From an uncultured Candidatus Rokubacteria bacterium (lineage in GTDB: Bacteria > Methylomirabilota > Methylomirabilia > Rokubacteriales > CSP1-6), in NCBI GenBank assembly GCA_963771355.1, contig CAVYTA010000004.1:64001-128000 (forward strand): a stretch of DNA of 64,000 nt, read 5' to 3'. Positions within the stretch are counted from its first letter, which is position 1; every line of letters begins with the position of its first letter. The notes beneath the pieces were generated by a model. It saw only the letters and a list, made by a program, of their open reading frames with translations. It ran no database searches and was not told the origin of the DNA. Both the position numbers and the translations under genes were made by a program. Below, piece by piece: positions 1 to 9,981 of this stretch.

Positions 1-1
1 G

Positions 2-592
2 CCCGGCCAGGCTCACGATGTGCGAGGGATTCAGCCGCGTGTGCTTGGCGTTGATGGTGACGAAGAGCTCGACGATCTGGCGCGCGTCGAGCCGGTCGAA
101 GAGCACCGCGGGCACCTCGATGCCGAGGTTCTCACCGGCCTGGGTCACCGCGTGGAGCGCCAGGAGGCGGTGCTGACCGTCCAGCACGCGCAGCACCCCA
201 TGCTCCTCGGGGATCTGGAGCAGCCCCAGGTCGTGCTGGCTCGCCATCGGGGTGAAGGTGAAGCGCTTCTCGGAGGTGATGATGACGGCGCCGGGGATGG
301 CGGGCAGCGTCCCCGCCTCCTTGCAGTCGCGGTAGTACGCCACCAGCTCGTCGATCTTCCGGCGTATCACCGGGCGCTGGTAGGCGGCCTCGCTCTCGCC
401 GATCCGCTTCTCGAGCATTTCCCAGTTGACGCGGGCTCGGTTGGCGCGCTTCGCCTTGGCGTCGGGGACTTCCTTGCCGGCGTAGCCGAGGACCTCGAAC
501 TTCACCAGCCGATCGATGTCCTTGGCGGAGAAGGAGGCCTGGAAGAACTCCACCCCGAATTGCTTCACCCGGTGCGCGGGAACCGTGATCAT
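2..592 (-). CDS. DGQHR-domain protein (DndB/ParB-Srx-like superfamily), truncated by the window edge
   Basis: Absent from the ORF track. Manual minus-strand translation from ATG 592 (GGAGG upstream): MITVPAHRVKQFGVEFF...YQRPVIRRKIDELVAYY...LRVLDGQHRLLAL...QIVELFVTINAKHTRLNPSH. It contains the YQR, DGQHR and F-x-x-IN motifs. Confidence 0.9.
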   Translation of the reverse strand, partial: MITVPAHRVKQFGVEFFQASFSAKDIDRLVKFEVLGYAGKEVPDAKAKRANRARVNWEMLEKRIGESEAAYQRPVIRRKIDELVAYYRDCKEAGTLPAIPGAVIITSEKRFTFTPMASQHDLGLLQIPEEHGVLRVLDGQHRLLALHAVTQAGENLGIEVPAVLFDRLDARQIVELFVTINAKHTRLNPSHIVSLAG

Positions 593-650
593 TGGGCCTC
601 CTCTACATGCTTGGGGACAACCCTGTCCTTCGGGGTCGGCGGTCGACACA

Positions 651-679
651 ACTGTAACTGAACCTTAAACCCTTGTCAA
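651..679 (-). promoter_or_regulatory. sigma70-type promoter of the DGQHR gene
   Basis: Minus strand TTGACA-N17-TACAGT. Confidence 0.7.
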
Positions 680-737
680 CATTTGCGTTTCTGGATTGCC
701 CGGTGAGTCGGGTACCATATCCTGGGGCTCGGAGAAG

Positions 738-773
738 TTTCATCCCCAACCGGTGGGTAACGTGGGGATGAAA
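738..773. promoter_or_regulatory. Perfect 11-bp inverted repeat between divergent promoters (candidate operator or hairpin)
   Basis: TTTCATCCCCA-N14-TGGGGATGAAA. Confidence 0.5.
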
Positions 774-866
774 TCGTGGTGACTCGGGCGACAGTTTGTC
801 AGACGTGTCTCACTTCCGGGTGTCGTCCAAGTTCTTGCGCAGTGGTGTGCAGGGACCGCCCGCGCG

Positions 867-896
867 TTGACACTTCTCCGGAGCCGGTGCTAGGCT
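867..896 (+). promoter_or_regulatory. sigma70-type promoter of ABC operon 1
   Basis: TTGACA-N18-TAGGCT with extended -10 TGn. Confidence 0.6.
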
Positions 897-982
897 GGCC
901 GCGCCTTTTCGATCCGCGCGGCGCGGCGGCCGTCCCGGAGCCCTCGACCTCGTCAGCTCGATCTAGTCAGGAGGAGCGCGCG

Positions 983-2242
983 ATGCCCGACCACCGCCAT
1001 CTCGACCTGGGCAGCATTCATCGGCGCGGCTTCCTCAAGGCCTTCGGCGCCGCCGGAGTGGCGGCCACGGTGGCCGGCTTCCCCTCGATCGTGCGCGGGC
1101 AATCGCCGCCGCCGGTCAAGGTCGGCTATCTCCTCCCCGTGACGGGTCCGCTGGCCTTCGAGGCGCAGCTCGCGCTCAACGGCCTGCTCCTGGCCGTCGA
1201 CGAGATCAATGGCTCGGGCGGGGTCAAGTCCCTGGGCGGGGCGAAGCTCGCGCTGCTGCCCGGCGACACGCAGAACAAGGTGGAGCTGGGCAACTCCGAG
1301 GCGGCGCGCCTCATCGATCAGGGCGCGGTGGCCATCATCGGGACCTTCTCGAGCCTGGTGGCCTTCTCGGTCCGCCAGGTGACGGAGAAGGGAAAGACGC
1401 CGTTCCTGCTCCTCGCCTGCGTCGCCGACAACCTCACCGAGGGCGGGCTGCGTTACACCTTCCGCATGCAGCCCCACGGCAAGGGCATGGCCACGCTGAC
1501 GGTGTCGAACATGCTGGAGATGGCGAAGAGCGCCAACATCCCCCTCAAGCGCGTCGCCATCATGCACGAGGACGGCAACTTCGGCACCACCATGGGGAAT
1601 CACGTCGAGGCCTTCGCCAAGACCATGAACTACGAGCTGGTGCAGCGCGTGCCCTACAACCTGCGCTCCCCCGACTTCACCGCCGAGCTCTCCAAGGTCA
1701 AGGCCACGCGCCCGGACCTCCTCCTCATCAGCGGCTACTACGGCGACTCCAAGCTCATCGCCGAGACCGCGTCCAAGCTCCGCATCGGCGTGAGCGCGGT
1801 GGTGGGGCTGGCCAATGCCGCCTACTCGAACCCGCGCTTCATCGCGGAGAACCGCGAGCTCACCGAGCACCTCTTCGACGGCAATTACTGGCACAACCCG
1901 CAGAGCCCCCGGTCGCGCGCGGTGCTCGACGCCTATCAGAAGAAGTTCAATTCGGCGATGTCGAACCACGGCGTGCAGGGCTACCAGGTCGCCTACGTCC
2001 TCAAGGATGCCCTCGAGCGGGCGGCGTCCAGCGACCGGGACAAGGTGCGCGACGCGATCGCCAAGACCAATCTCACCGACCACATCCTCACCCAGGACGC
2101 CATCCGCTTCGACGACACCGGCGAGGGCATCAACGCCACCCCCGCCCTGCTGCAGGTGCAGAACGGGAAGCCGGTGGTGGTGGGGCCCGCGCGCTTCGCG
2201 GAAACGAAGCCGGTCTTCCCGGTTCCCAAGTGGAAGGGGTAG
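983..2242 (+). CDS. Liv-type ABC transporter substrate-binding protein, Tat-exported
   Basis: AGGAGGAG SD; RRGFLK twin-arginine motif; VKVGYLLPVTGPLA and EINGSGGV motifs typical of periplasmic binding protein type 1. Confidence 0.92.
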   Translation: MPDHRHLDLGSIHRRGFLKAFGAAGVAATVAGFPSIVRGQSPPPVKVGYLLPVTGPLAFEAQLALNGLLLAVDEINGSGGVKSLGGAKLALLPGDTQNKVELGNSEAARLIDQGAVAIIGTFSSLVAFSVRQVTEKGKTPFLLLACVADNLTEGGLRYTFRMQPHGKGMATLTVSNMLEMAKSANIPLKRVAIMHEDGNFGTTMGNHVEAFAKTMNYELVQRVPYNLRSPDFTAELSKVKATRPDLLLISGYYGDSKLIAETASKLRIGVSAVVGLANAAYSNPRFIAENRELTEHLFDGNYWHNPQSPRSRAVLDAYQKKFNSAMSNHGVQGYQVAYVLKDALERAASSDRDKVRDAIAKTNLTDHILTQDAIRFDDTGEGINATPALLQVQNGKPVVVGPARFAETKPVFPVPKWKG

Positions 2243-2261
2243 GTCCCGCCGAGCGCGGGAG

Positions 2262-3137
2262 GTGAGCGGAGGGCTCTTCCTCCAGGCCGTCGTCAGCGGC
2301 CTCCTGCTCGGGGGCGTGTACGGGCTGGTGGCGAGCGGGCTGACCCTGATCTTCGGCGTGCTGCGCATCATCAACTTCGCCCACGGCGCGGTGATGATGC
2401 TGGGCATGTACGCGTCCTACTGGCTGTGGGTGCTGGTGGGCCTGGATCCGTACCTCTCCGTGCTGGTGACGGCGCCCGTCTTCTTCGGGGTGGGGGTCGC
2501 CATCGAGCGCATCGTCATCGAGCCCAACCGCGCCGCCGCCGAGCACAACCAGCTCCTCCTCACCCTGGGGCTGGCACTCTTCCTGGAGAACCTCGCGCTC
2601 GTGCTCTGGCAGGGCGACTTCCGGACGCTCCGGGTACCCTATGCGTCGGCGTCCTTCTTCATCGCCGAGGCGCTGGTGGAGGTGCCGCGGCTCATCGCCG
2701 CCGCGGGGGCGGTGGTGATCGCGGTGGCGCTCTACGGCTTCCTGCGGGGTACCGATCTGGGCAAGGCCATCCGCGCGCTGGCCGAGGAGCGGGAAGGGGC
2801 CATGCTGGTCGGTATCGACGTGGGCCGGATCCGCTCGGTGGCCTTCGGCATCGGCTGCGCCTGCGCGGCGGTGGCGGGCGCCCTCATCACGCCCTTCTTC
2901 TACATCGCGCCCGACGTGGGCGAGTCCTTCAACATCATGGCCTTCGTGGTGGTGGTGCTCGGCGGCATGGGGAATTTCCTGGGCGCCCTGGTGGGCGGCC
3001 TCATCGTGGGCCTGGCCGAGTCGCTGGGGGCGGCCTTCCTTCCGGGATCGCTCAAGCAGTTCGTGGTCTTCCTCATCTTCGTCCTCGTGCTGCTCTTCCG
3101 GCCGGAGGGGCTGTTCGGAGGCGCGCGTGGCCGTTAG
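2262..3137 (+). CDS. livH: Liv-type ABC permease (LivH-like)
   Basis: GLLLGGVYGLVASGLTLIFGVLRIINFAHG; GTG start after a GGAGG-like site. Confidence 0.9.
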   Translation: MSGGLFLQAVVSGLLLGGVYGLVASGLTLIFGVLRIINFAHGAVMMLGMYASYWLWVLVGLDPYLSVLVTAPVFFGVGVAIERIVIEPNRAAAEHNQLLLTLGLALFLENLALVLWQGDFRTLRVPYASASFFIAEALVEVPRLIAAAGAVVIAVALYGFLRGTDLGKAIRALAEEREGAMLVGIDVGRIRSVAFGIGCACAAVAGALITPFFYIAPDVGESFNIMAFVVVVLGGMGNFLGALVGGLIVGLAESLGAAFLPGSLKQFVVFLIFVLVLLFRPEGLFGGARGR

Positions 3138-4064
3138 GGGGCTGGCGGTTCTCGCCGCCCTCGCCCTCGTCGCCGCGCCGCCGCTCCTGCCCAAGTACTT
3201 TCTCGAGGTGCTGATCAGCATCCTCTTCTTCGCCTATCTCGGCTTGGCCTGGAACCTCCTGGGTGGCTATGCGGGGCAGTTCTCGTTCGGCCACGCCGCC
3301 TTCTTCGGGATCGGCGCCTACACCTCCAGCCTGTTGCTGCTCCGCATCGGGCTGTCGCCCTGGCTCGGCATGCTCGCGGGGGGGCTGCTCGCCACCGCCT
3401 TCGGGCTGTTCGAGGGCTATCTCTCCTTCCGCTACGGGCTGCGGGGCCCGTACTTCTCGCTGGTGACGCTGGCCTTCGCGGAGATGCTCCGCGTGGTGAC
3501 GGTGAACCTCAAGGTGGTGGGCTCCTCGCTGGGCCTGGTGATTCCCAGCGGCCAGGCCAATGCCCTGCTCTTCGTCTTCGCGGACAAGCTGCCCTACTAC
3601 TACGTCATCTTCGGGATGACGGCCGGAGCCCTGGCGCTCACGCGGCTGGTGGCCCGCTCGCGGCTCGGCTATTGCCTGGTGGCGGTGCGGGAGAACGAGG
3701 ACGCGGCGGAGGCGGCGGGGGTGGACGCGCGCGGGGCCAAGCTCCGGGCCATGGCCATCTCGGCCTTCCTCACCGCGCTGGGCGGCACCTTCTACGCGCA
3801 GTACTTTGCCTACCTCGACCCCACCATCGCCTTCGGCCCCACCATCTCCATCCAGGGTCTCCTGCCCGCCATCGTGGGCGGGGCCGGCACCGTGGTGGGG
3901 CCCGTGCTCGGCTCCTTCGTCCTCACGCCCGTCTCCGAGCTCACGCGGGCGGCGCTCCGCGGGCGGGCGGGCGCCGACATCATGCTCTACGGCCTGGTGC
4001 TCATCCTGGTCATCTCGTTCCTGCCGCAGGGCCTGATGGGCTGGTGGCGCGCGCGGCGGGCCCC

Positions 4065-4068
<4 letters not shown>
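3127..4068 (+). CDS. livM: Liv-type ABC permease (LivM-like)
   Basis: WNLLGGYAGQFSFGHAAFFGIGAY; RENEDAAEAAG. Confidence 0.9.
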
Positions 4069-4792
<724 letters not shown>

Positions 4793-4796
<4 letters not shown>

Positions 4797-5503
4797 GCCT
4801 GCTCGAGCTGCGCGGCGTGGACGTGTCCTACGGCGATCTCCCCGCCCTCCGCGGCGTCTCGCTGACCATCGCCGAGGGCGAGATCCTCTCGGTGGTGGGC
4901 GCCAACGGCGCCGGCAAGACCACCATGCTGCGCACCATCTCGGGTCTTCTCCGGCCGCGCGCGGGGGAGATCCTCCTCGACGGCCGGCGCATCGACCGGT
5001 TGCCCAGCCACGCGGTAGTGGAGGGCGGGGTGGTGCAGGTGCCGGAGGGGCGGAAGATCTTCCCGAGCCTCACCGTGCGGGAAAATCTCGAGCTGGGCGC
5101 CTACTCCCGTCCGGCCCGCCCGCACCGCGGGGAGAGCCTGGGGCGCGTCTTCGCGCTGTTCCCCATTCTCGCCGAGCGCGCGGGCCAGGCGGCGGGCACC
5201 ATGTCGGGGGGCCAGCAGCAGATGCTCGCCATCGGCCGGGCGCTGATGGCCCGCCCACGCCTCCTCATGCTGGACGAGCCGTCGCTGGGGCTGGCGCCCA
5301 TGGTGGTGCAGGAGATATTCCGCACCGTGGCGGAGATCAACCGCGCGGGGACCACGGTGATGCTGGTGGAGCAGAACACGCGCCAGGCGCTGGCCCTGGC
5401 CGCGCGCGGCTACGTGCTCGAGAACGGGCGGGTGGTGCTGGTGGGCCCCGGCCGCGAGCTACTCGGCAACGAGCACGTCAAGCGCGCGTATCTGGGAATG
5501 TAG
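4793..5503 (+). CDS. livF: ABC ATP-binding protein (LivF-like)
   Basis: GANGAGKTT, MSGGQQQM, LDEPSLGLAP, VEQN. Confidence 0.93.
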
Positions 5504-5528
5504 ACGGAGACCCTGAGAGGAGAGGACC

Positions 5529-6962
5529 ATGCTCGATCTCGTGATTCGCGGCGGAGAGGTGATCACCCCCGGCGGCGTGGGGTCGTGGGACATCGGGGTG
5601 GAGGGGGAGCGGATCGTCGCGGTGGCGGCGCCGGGGACCTTGCCCACGGAGTCGGTGCGCGTCATCGACGCCACCGGCAAGATCGTCACCCCCGGCGGCG
5701 TGGAGCCGCACGCGCATCTCGCGCACTCGATCATGTCGCATCCGGAGCAGCCCGCCGAGACCCTGGGCCCCGAGGAGGACACCAAGGGCATGGCCTGCGG
5801 CGGCACCACCACCCACGTGGATTTCGCCTACGTGCGGCCGGACGTCGGCGACATCCAGCCCGTGATCGAGCGGCGCGCCGCGCGGTGGAAGGGCCAGTCC
5901 TATGTGGACTACACCTTCCACATCACGCTGGCGGGCGCGCTGCCGCTGCGCATCTTCGAGCAGATTCCGGAGGCCATCGCGGCGGGCTTCCCGTCCTTCA
6001 AGGTCTTCACCACCAATGTGCTGCCGCCGCATCCCAAGCGTGCGGGCAACCGCATCGACTTCGGCCGCATCCACTACGCGATGGAGAAGGTGGCGCCGGC
6101 GGGGGGCCTCATGGTGGTCCACGGCGAGGACGAGGACCTGGTCCAGTTCAACTACGAGCGCTTCCGCGAGGAGAAACGCATGGAGGGAACCAACCTCCAC
6201 CTCGTCCATACCAAGCTGTCCGAGTCGCTCGCCTTCCGGCGCACCATTGCCTTGGCGCGGGCCTCGGGCGCCGCCGTCTACTTCGTGCACACCTCCGCCC
6301 GGGAGGGCGTGGAGGCGGTGGTGGAGGCGCGCGGCCAGGGCCTGCCCATCTACGCGGAGACCCTTCATCAGTACGCCTGCTTCAACGCGGAGTACTACAA
6401 GACCCCGCGCGGCTTCTGCTCGCACACCTATCCATCGCTGAAGCTGCCGGAGGACCAGCAGGCGCTCTGGGACGGGCTGGTGCACGGCGGCATCTCCGCG
6501 CTGGCCACCGACGAGTATCCGACCAACCTGGAGCTCAAGCTCAAGGGCAAGACCATCGAGGACGTCACCGGGGGCAATCTCGGCGCGGAGGCGCGCATGG
6601 GTATCGCGTGGACGGAGGGCGTCGGCCGGCGCGGGATGTCGCTCCCGCGCTTCGCCGACGTCACCGCCACCAATGCCGCGCGCATCCTCGGGCTGTACCC
6701 GAAGAAGGGCGCGATCGCGCCCGGCAGCGACGCCGACATCGTGCTCATCGATCCGACGATTCGCAAGACGCTGACGAAGGACGACTTCCACGTGTCCGAC
6801 TACAGCCCCTGGGAGGGCTGGCCGGTCACCGGCTGGCCGGTGTTGACCCTCCTGCGCGGCAAGGTCATCGCCGAGCGCGGAAAGCTCCTCGGCTCCACCA
6901 GTGACGGCCGCCTCCTCACCCGCAAGATCGACGGGTCCATACTCCGGCGCGCGGCCTGCTAG
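5529..6962 (+). CDS. Cyclic amidohydrolase (dihydropyrimidinase/hydantoinase/allantoinase family)
   Basis: IDATGKIVTPGGVEPHAH, GGTTT, FKVF, KGAIAPGSDADIV. Confidence 0.85.
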   Translation: MLDLVIRGGEVITPGGVGSWDIGVEGERIVAVAAPGTLPTESVRVIDATGKIVTPGGVEPHAHLAHSIMSHPEQPAETLGPEEDTKGMACGGTTTHVDFAYVRPDVGDIQPVIERRAARWKGQSYVDYTFHITLAGALPLRIFEQIPEAIAAGFPSFKVFTTNVLPPHPKRAGNRIDFGRIHYAMEKVAPAGGLMVVHGEDEDLVQFNYERFREEKRMEGTNLHLVHTKLSESLAFRRTIALARASGAAVYFVHTSAREGVEAVVEARGQGLPIYAETLHQYACFNAEYYKTPRGFCSHTYPSLKLPEDQQALWDGLVHGGISALATDEYPTNLELKLKGKTIEDVTGGNLGAEARMGIAWTEGVGRRGMSLPRFADVTATNAARILGLYPKKGAIAPGSDADIVLIDPTIRKTLTKDDFHVSDYSPWEGWPVTGWPVLTLLRGKVIAERGKLLGSTSDGRLLTRKIDGSILRRAAC

Positions 6963-6998
6963 GCATCGATCGGGCGCTATGCGCCGTCGGCGGGCCGG

Positions 6999-7961
6999 CT
7001 AGCCGCCCGCGGGGCGTAGCGCCCGGCCCCCGCCCGTCGCGTACCAGGCGGAGACGCCTCCGCGGACATAGCGCGCGTCGAAGCCCCGCTCCCTGAGCGT
7101 CCGCGTGACATTGCAGCCCACGTGAAAGCCATAGGCGCAGTACACCGCCACCGGCCGGTCGGGCGACAGCTCGCCGATCCACTCCTCCACCCGATCCGGG
7201 TCGCGCCAGGTCGCGCCCTCCATGAGGTCCACCGTCCGCGAGATGTGGTGCCGGGGCCGGGCGTCCAGAACCTGCACCCGCTCGCCCTTCGCCAGCTGGG
7301 CGGCGAGCTCCTCCACGGACAGCGAGGGGAGGAGGCTCGGGTCGGACGGGTCCTCCACCGGCAAGGGCCGCTCGGCGTGGACGACGGCCATCCGCTCGGC
7401 CACCGCCGCCCAGTCGATGTTTCGCATGAAGGCGTCGATATAGGCGGTGGCGTTCGCGCCGAAGTCCAGGTGATACGCGTGCTCGTACATGTCGAGCGCG
7501 AGGAGAGGAGCGGCGTCCACCGCGCACTGTGAATGATCGGGGGCGAGCTGGTTCCACAGGCGCTGCGGCCGCCGTGAACAGGTGAGGAGAGCCCAGCCCG
7601 AGCCTCCGGCCAGAGACCTAGCGCCCTCCACGAAGTCCCGGCGCCAGCCGGCGACGCTGCCGAAGTGCTCCTCGAGCACGGCGCCCACGGGGGCCGGGAT
7701 CTTGTTGCCCTCCCCGCCCAGGTTCCCGAAGTAGAGCTCGTGCAGAGCGACAGATCCGGCCGCCGCCAGCTCTTCACCCTTGAGGGAGCGGAGGCGATAG
7801 CCGGGGGTACCCGCCCCGAGCCCCGCCAGCTCGCTCCGGACGGCGTTCAGGGTGCGCACGGCGCCGCCGTAGTCGTTCTCGTAGTGACTGACGATGAGGC
7901 GTTCCGACAGTCCATTCAAGGTCCAGGGACGTACCGGGATGGGGGCAATCGGCGTGTTCAT
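6999..7961 (-). CDS. Fe/Mn superoxide dismutase (ChrC-like) fused to a C-terminal rhodanese domain (ChrE-like)
   Basis: SOD ligand motifs SHYEND, LHELYF, LDMYEHAY; rhodanese VLDAR...VAVYCAYGFHVG...YVRGGVSAW; AAGGA SD before ATG 7961 (alternative start 7979). Confidence 0.88.
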   Translation of the reverse strand: MNTPIAPIPVRPWTLNGLSERLIVSHYENDYGGAVRTLNAVRSELAGLGAGTPGYRLRSLKGEELAAAGSVALHELYFGNLGGEGNKIPAPVGAVLEEHFGSVAGWRRDFVEGARSLAGGSGWALLTCSRRPQRLWNQLAPDHSQCAVDAAPLLALDMYEHAYHLDFGANATAYIDAFMRNIDWAAVAERMAVVHAERPLPVEDPSDPSLLPSLSVEELAAQLAKGERVQVLDARPRHHISRTVDLMEGATWRDPDRVEEWIGELSPDRPVAVYCAYGFHVGCNVTRTLRERGFDARYVRGGVSAWYATGGGRALRPAGG

Positions 7962-8014
7962 GTTCGGTGTCCTTTCCATGGGAGCTGTTCACTTCTGGGC
8001 GAAACATACAGCGC

Positions 8015-8044
8015 TTGACAGGTAAATGCAACTAGTGTTACAAC
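8015..8044 (+). promoter_or_regulatory. Putative chrB promoter with an overlapping imperfect palindrome
   Basis: TTGACA 8015-8020; TGCAAC-TAGT-GTTACA imperfect inverted repeat; TACAAC 7 nt before the chrB ATG. Confidence 0.5.
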
Positions 8045-8051
8045 ATGAAAC

Positions 8052-8999
8052 ATGAACCACTCGCTCCTCCTCCTGCTGGTCGGACTCCCGCCCACCCCGT
8101 CGAGCCTGCGCGTGCGCGTGTGGCGCCGCCTGCGGTCCCTCGGCGCGGTGGCGCTGAAGCGGTCGGCCTACCTGCTGCCGGACGTGCCGGAGCGGTACGA
8201 GGACTTCCAGTGGCTCGCCCAGGAGATCCAGCGGGAGGGCGGAGACGCCACCCTCGTTCGGGTCCAGCAGATCGAGAACATGGCGCCGGACGACGTGCGG
8301 CGGCTCTTTCACGAGCCGCGCAACGGGGAGTACCGGCAGCTCGCCACGCGCCAGCGCAAGCTGCTTCAGAGCCTCGAGCGCAAGTCCGCCGCCGCCAGTC
8401 CCCGGGTGCGGGACGAGGTGACGCGCCTGTCCAAGGAGCATCAACGTATCCGCGACATCGACTTCTTCGACGCCCCGGGGGGCGCGGAGGTCCGGCGTCT
8501 CGAGGAGGCCATCGCCATGCGCACACGACGTCCCGAATCCGCCCGGCGCGAAGCGCGCCCCACGCTCGATCTCACCAAGCTTCGCGGGCGGCGCTGGGTC
8601 ACGCGGCCGCGGCCGCATGTCGACCGCATCGCGTCGGCGTGGCTGATCAAGCGCTTCATCGATCCCGAGGCCGAGTTCGTCTTCGCGCCGCCGGCGGAGT
8701 TCCCCAAGGACGCGATCCCGTTCGACGCCCCGGGTGTGGAGCTCAGCCACGAGGGCGAGGACTGCACCTTCGAGACGCTGGTACGGCGGGCCAAGCTGCG
8801 CGACCGGCGCCTGGCGCGGCTCGCCGAGCTGGTCCACGAGGCGGACCTGCGAGACGGGAAGTTCCCGCACGAGGAGGCGCGCGGAATCGACGCCGCCAGT
8901 CGGGCCCTGCTCGCGGCTTCTTCCGACGACCATCTGGTGCTCGCCCAGGGCATGGCGCTGTTCGAGGGGCTCTACGCCACCACCTCGAGGAAGGCCTAG
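8052..8999 (+). CDS. chrB: Chromate resistance regulator ChrB
   Basis: N-terminal RVRVWRRLRSLGAV; C-terminal WVTRPRPHVDRIASAWLIKRFIDPEAEF, FD...SHEGEDCTFE. Confidence 0.9.
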   Translation: MNHSLLLLLVGLPPTPSSLRVRVWRRLRSLGAVALKRSAYLLPDVPERYEDFQWLAQEIQREGGDATLVRVQQIENMAPDDVRRLFHEPRNGEYRQLATRQRKLLQSLERKSAAASPRVRDEVTRLSKEHQRIRDIDFFDAPGGAEVRRLEEAIAMRTRRPESARREARPTLDLTKLRGRRWVTRPRPHVDRIASAWLIKRFIDPEAEFVFAPPAEFPKDAIPFDAPGVELSHEGEDCTFETLVRRAKLRDRRLARLAELVHEADLRDGKFPHEEARGIDAASRALLAASSDDHLVLAQGMALFEGLYATTSRKA

Positions 9000-9000
9000 C

Positions 9001-9981
9001 ATGCTGGTCCTCTCCCGACGGGACGTGCTCGATCTCCTCTCCCTGCGGGACTGCATCGACGCGGTGGAGCGCGCGTTCCGGCTCCATGCCGAGGGCGGCA
9101 CCCTCGGTCCCGGCGTGCTGGGAATACGCGCCGGCGCGGGGGGCTTTCACATCAAGGCCGCCGGCCTCGTCGGGGTGCGATAGCTACTTCGCGGCCAAGA
9201 TCAACGCCAACTTTCCCGACAACCCGCGCCGCGTGGGGCTCCCCACCATCCAGGGGATCGTCGTGCTCGCCGACGCGAGCACCGGCACACCGCTGGCGAT
9301 GATGGAGTCGGCGCGGTGACGGCTTTGCGCACGGGGGCGGCGACCGCCGTGGCCGCGAAGTACCTGGCCCGATCGGACGCGCAGACCGTCACCGTGCTGG
9401 GCGCGGGCGCGCAGGGCGAGATCCAGCTGGCCGCGCTCGCGGCGGTGCTCCCGCTCCGGCGCGCCTGGGTGCTCGATATCGACCCGGCGCGCGCGGAGGG
9501 CCTGGCCGAGCGCGCGGGGCGGCGTCTGGGGTTTCCCGTGACCGCGGCCGGGGATCTGGCGGTGGCCCTGAGCGAAAGCGACGTCTGCGTGACGTGCACG
9601 CCTTCGCGCGAGGCGCTGGTGGCCGCCGCCGACGTCCGGCCGGGGACGTTCATCGCCGCGGTGGGGGCCGACAGTCACGGCAAGCAAGAGCTCGACCCCA
9701 AGCTGGTCGCCACCGCCACCCTGGTCGTGGACGTCCTGGAGCAATGCGCCGAGATCGGTGAGCTGCAGCACGCGCTCGCCGCCGGGCTCATCACGCGGGA
9801 CGAGGTCCACGCGGAGCTGGCGGACGTCGTGGTCGGGCGCCGCGCGGGGCGCACGCGCGCGGACGAGATCACGATCTTCGACAGCTCCGGCACCGCGCTG
9901 CAGGACGTCGCCGCCGCGGTCGCGCTGTACGACAAGGCGCGCGGGGCCGGCCGCGGTACGGAGGTCAGGCTGGATGATTGA
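9001..9981 (+). CDS. Ornithine cyclodeaminase/mu-crystallin family protein, with two compensating frameshifts (~9180, ~9315)
   Basis: Three frame segments join into one family member: MLVLSRRDV..FHIKAA / AAKINANFPDNP..LPTIQG..TGTPLAMM / TALRTGAA..GAGAQG..GADSHGKQELD..FDSSGTALQD. Confidence 0.82.

Noticed and set aside
20..661. Plus-strand 213-aa ORF from the track
   Set aside because: It is the antisense shadow of the DGQHR gene, which has an SD, a promoter and family motifs.
738..773. Resemblance of CGTGGGGATGAA to type I-E CRISPR repeat ends
   Set aside because: Single copy, no spacers and no cas genes in the window.
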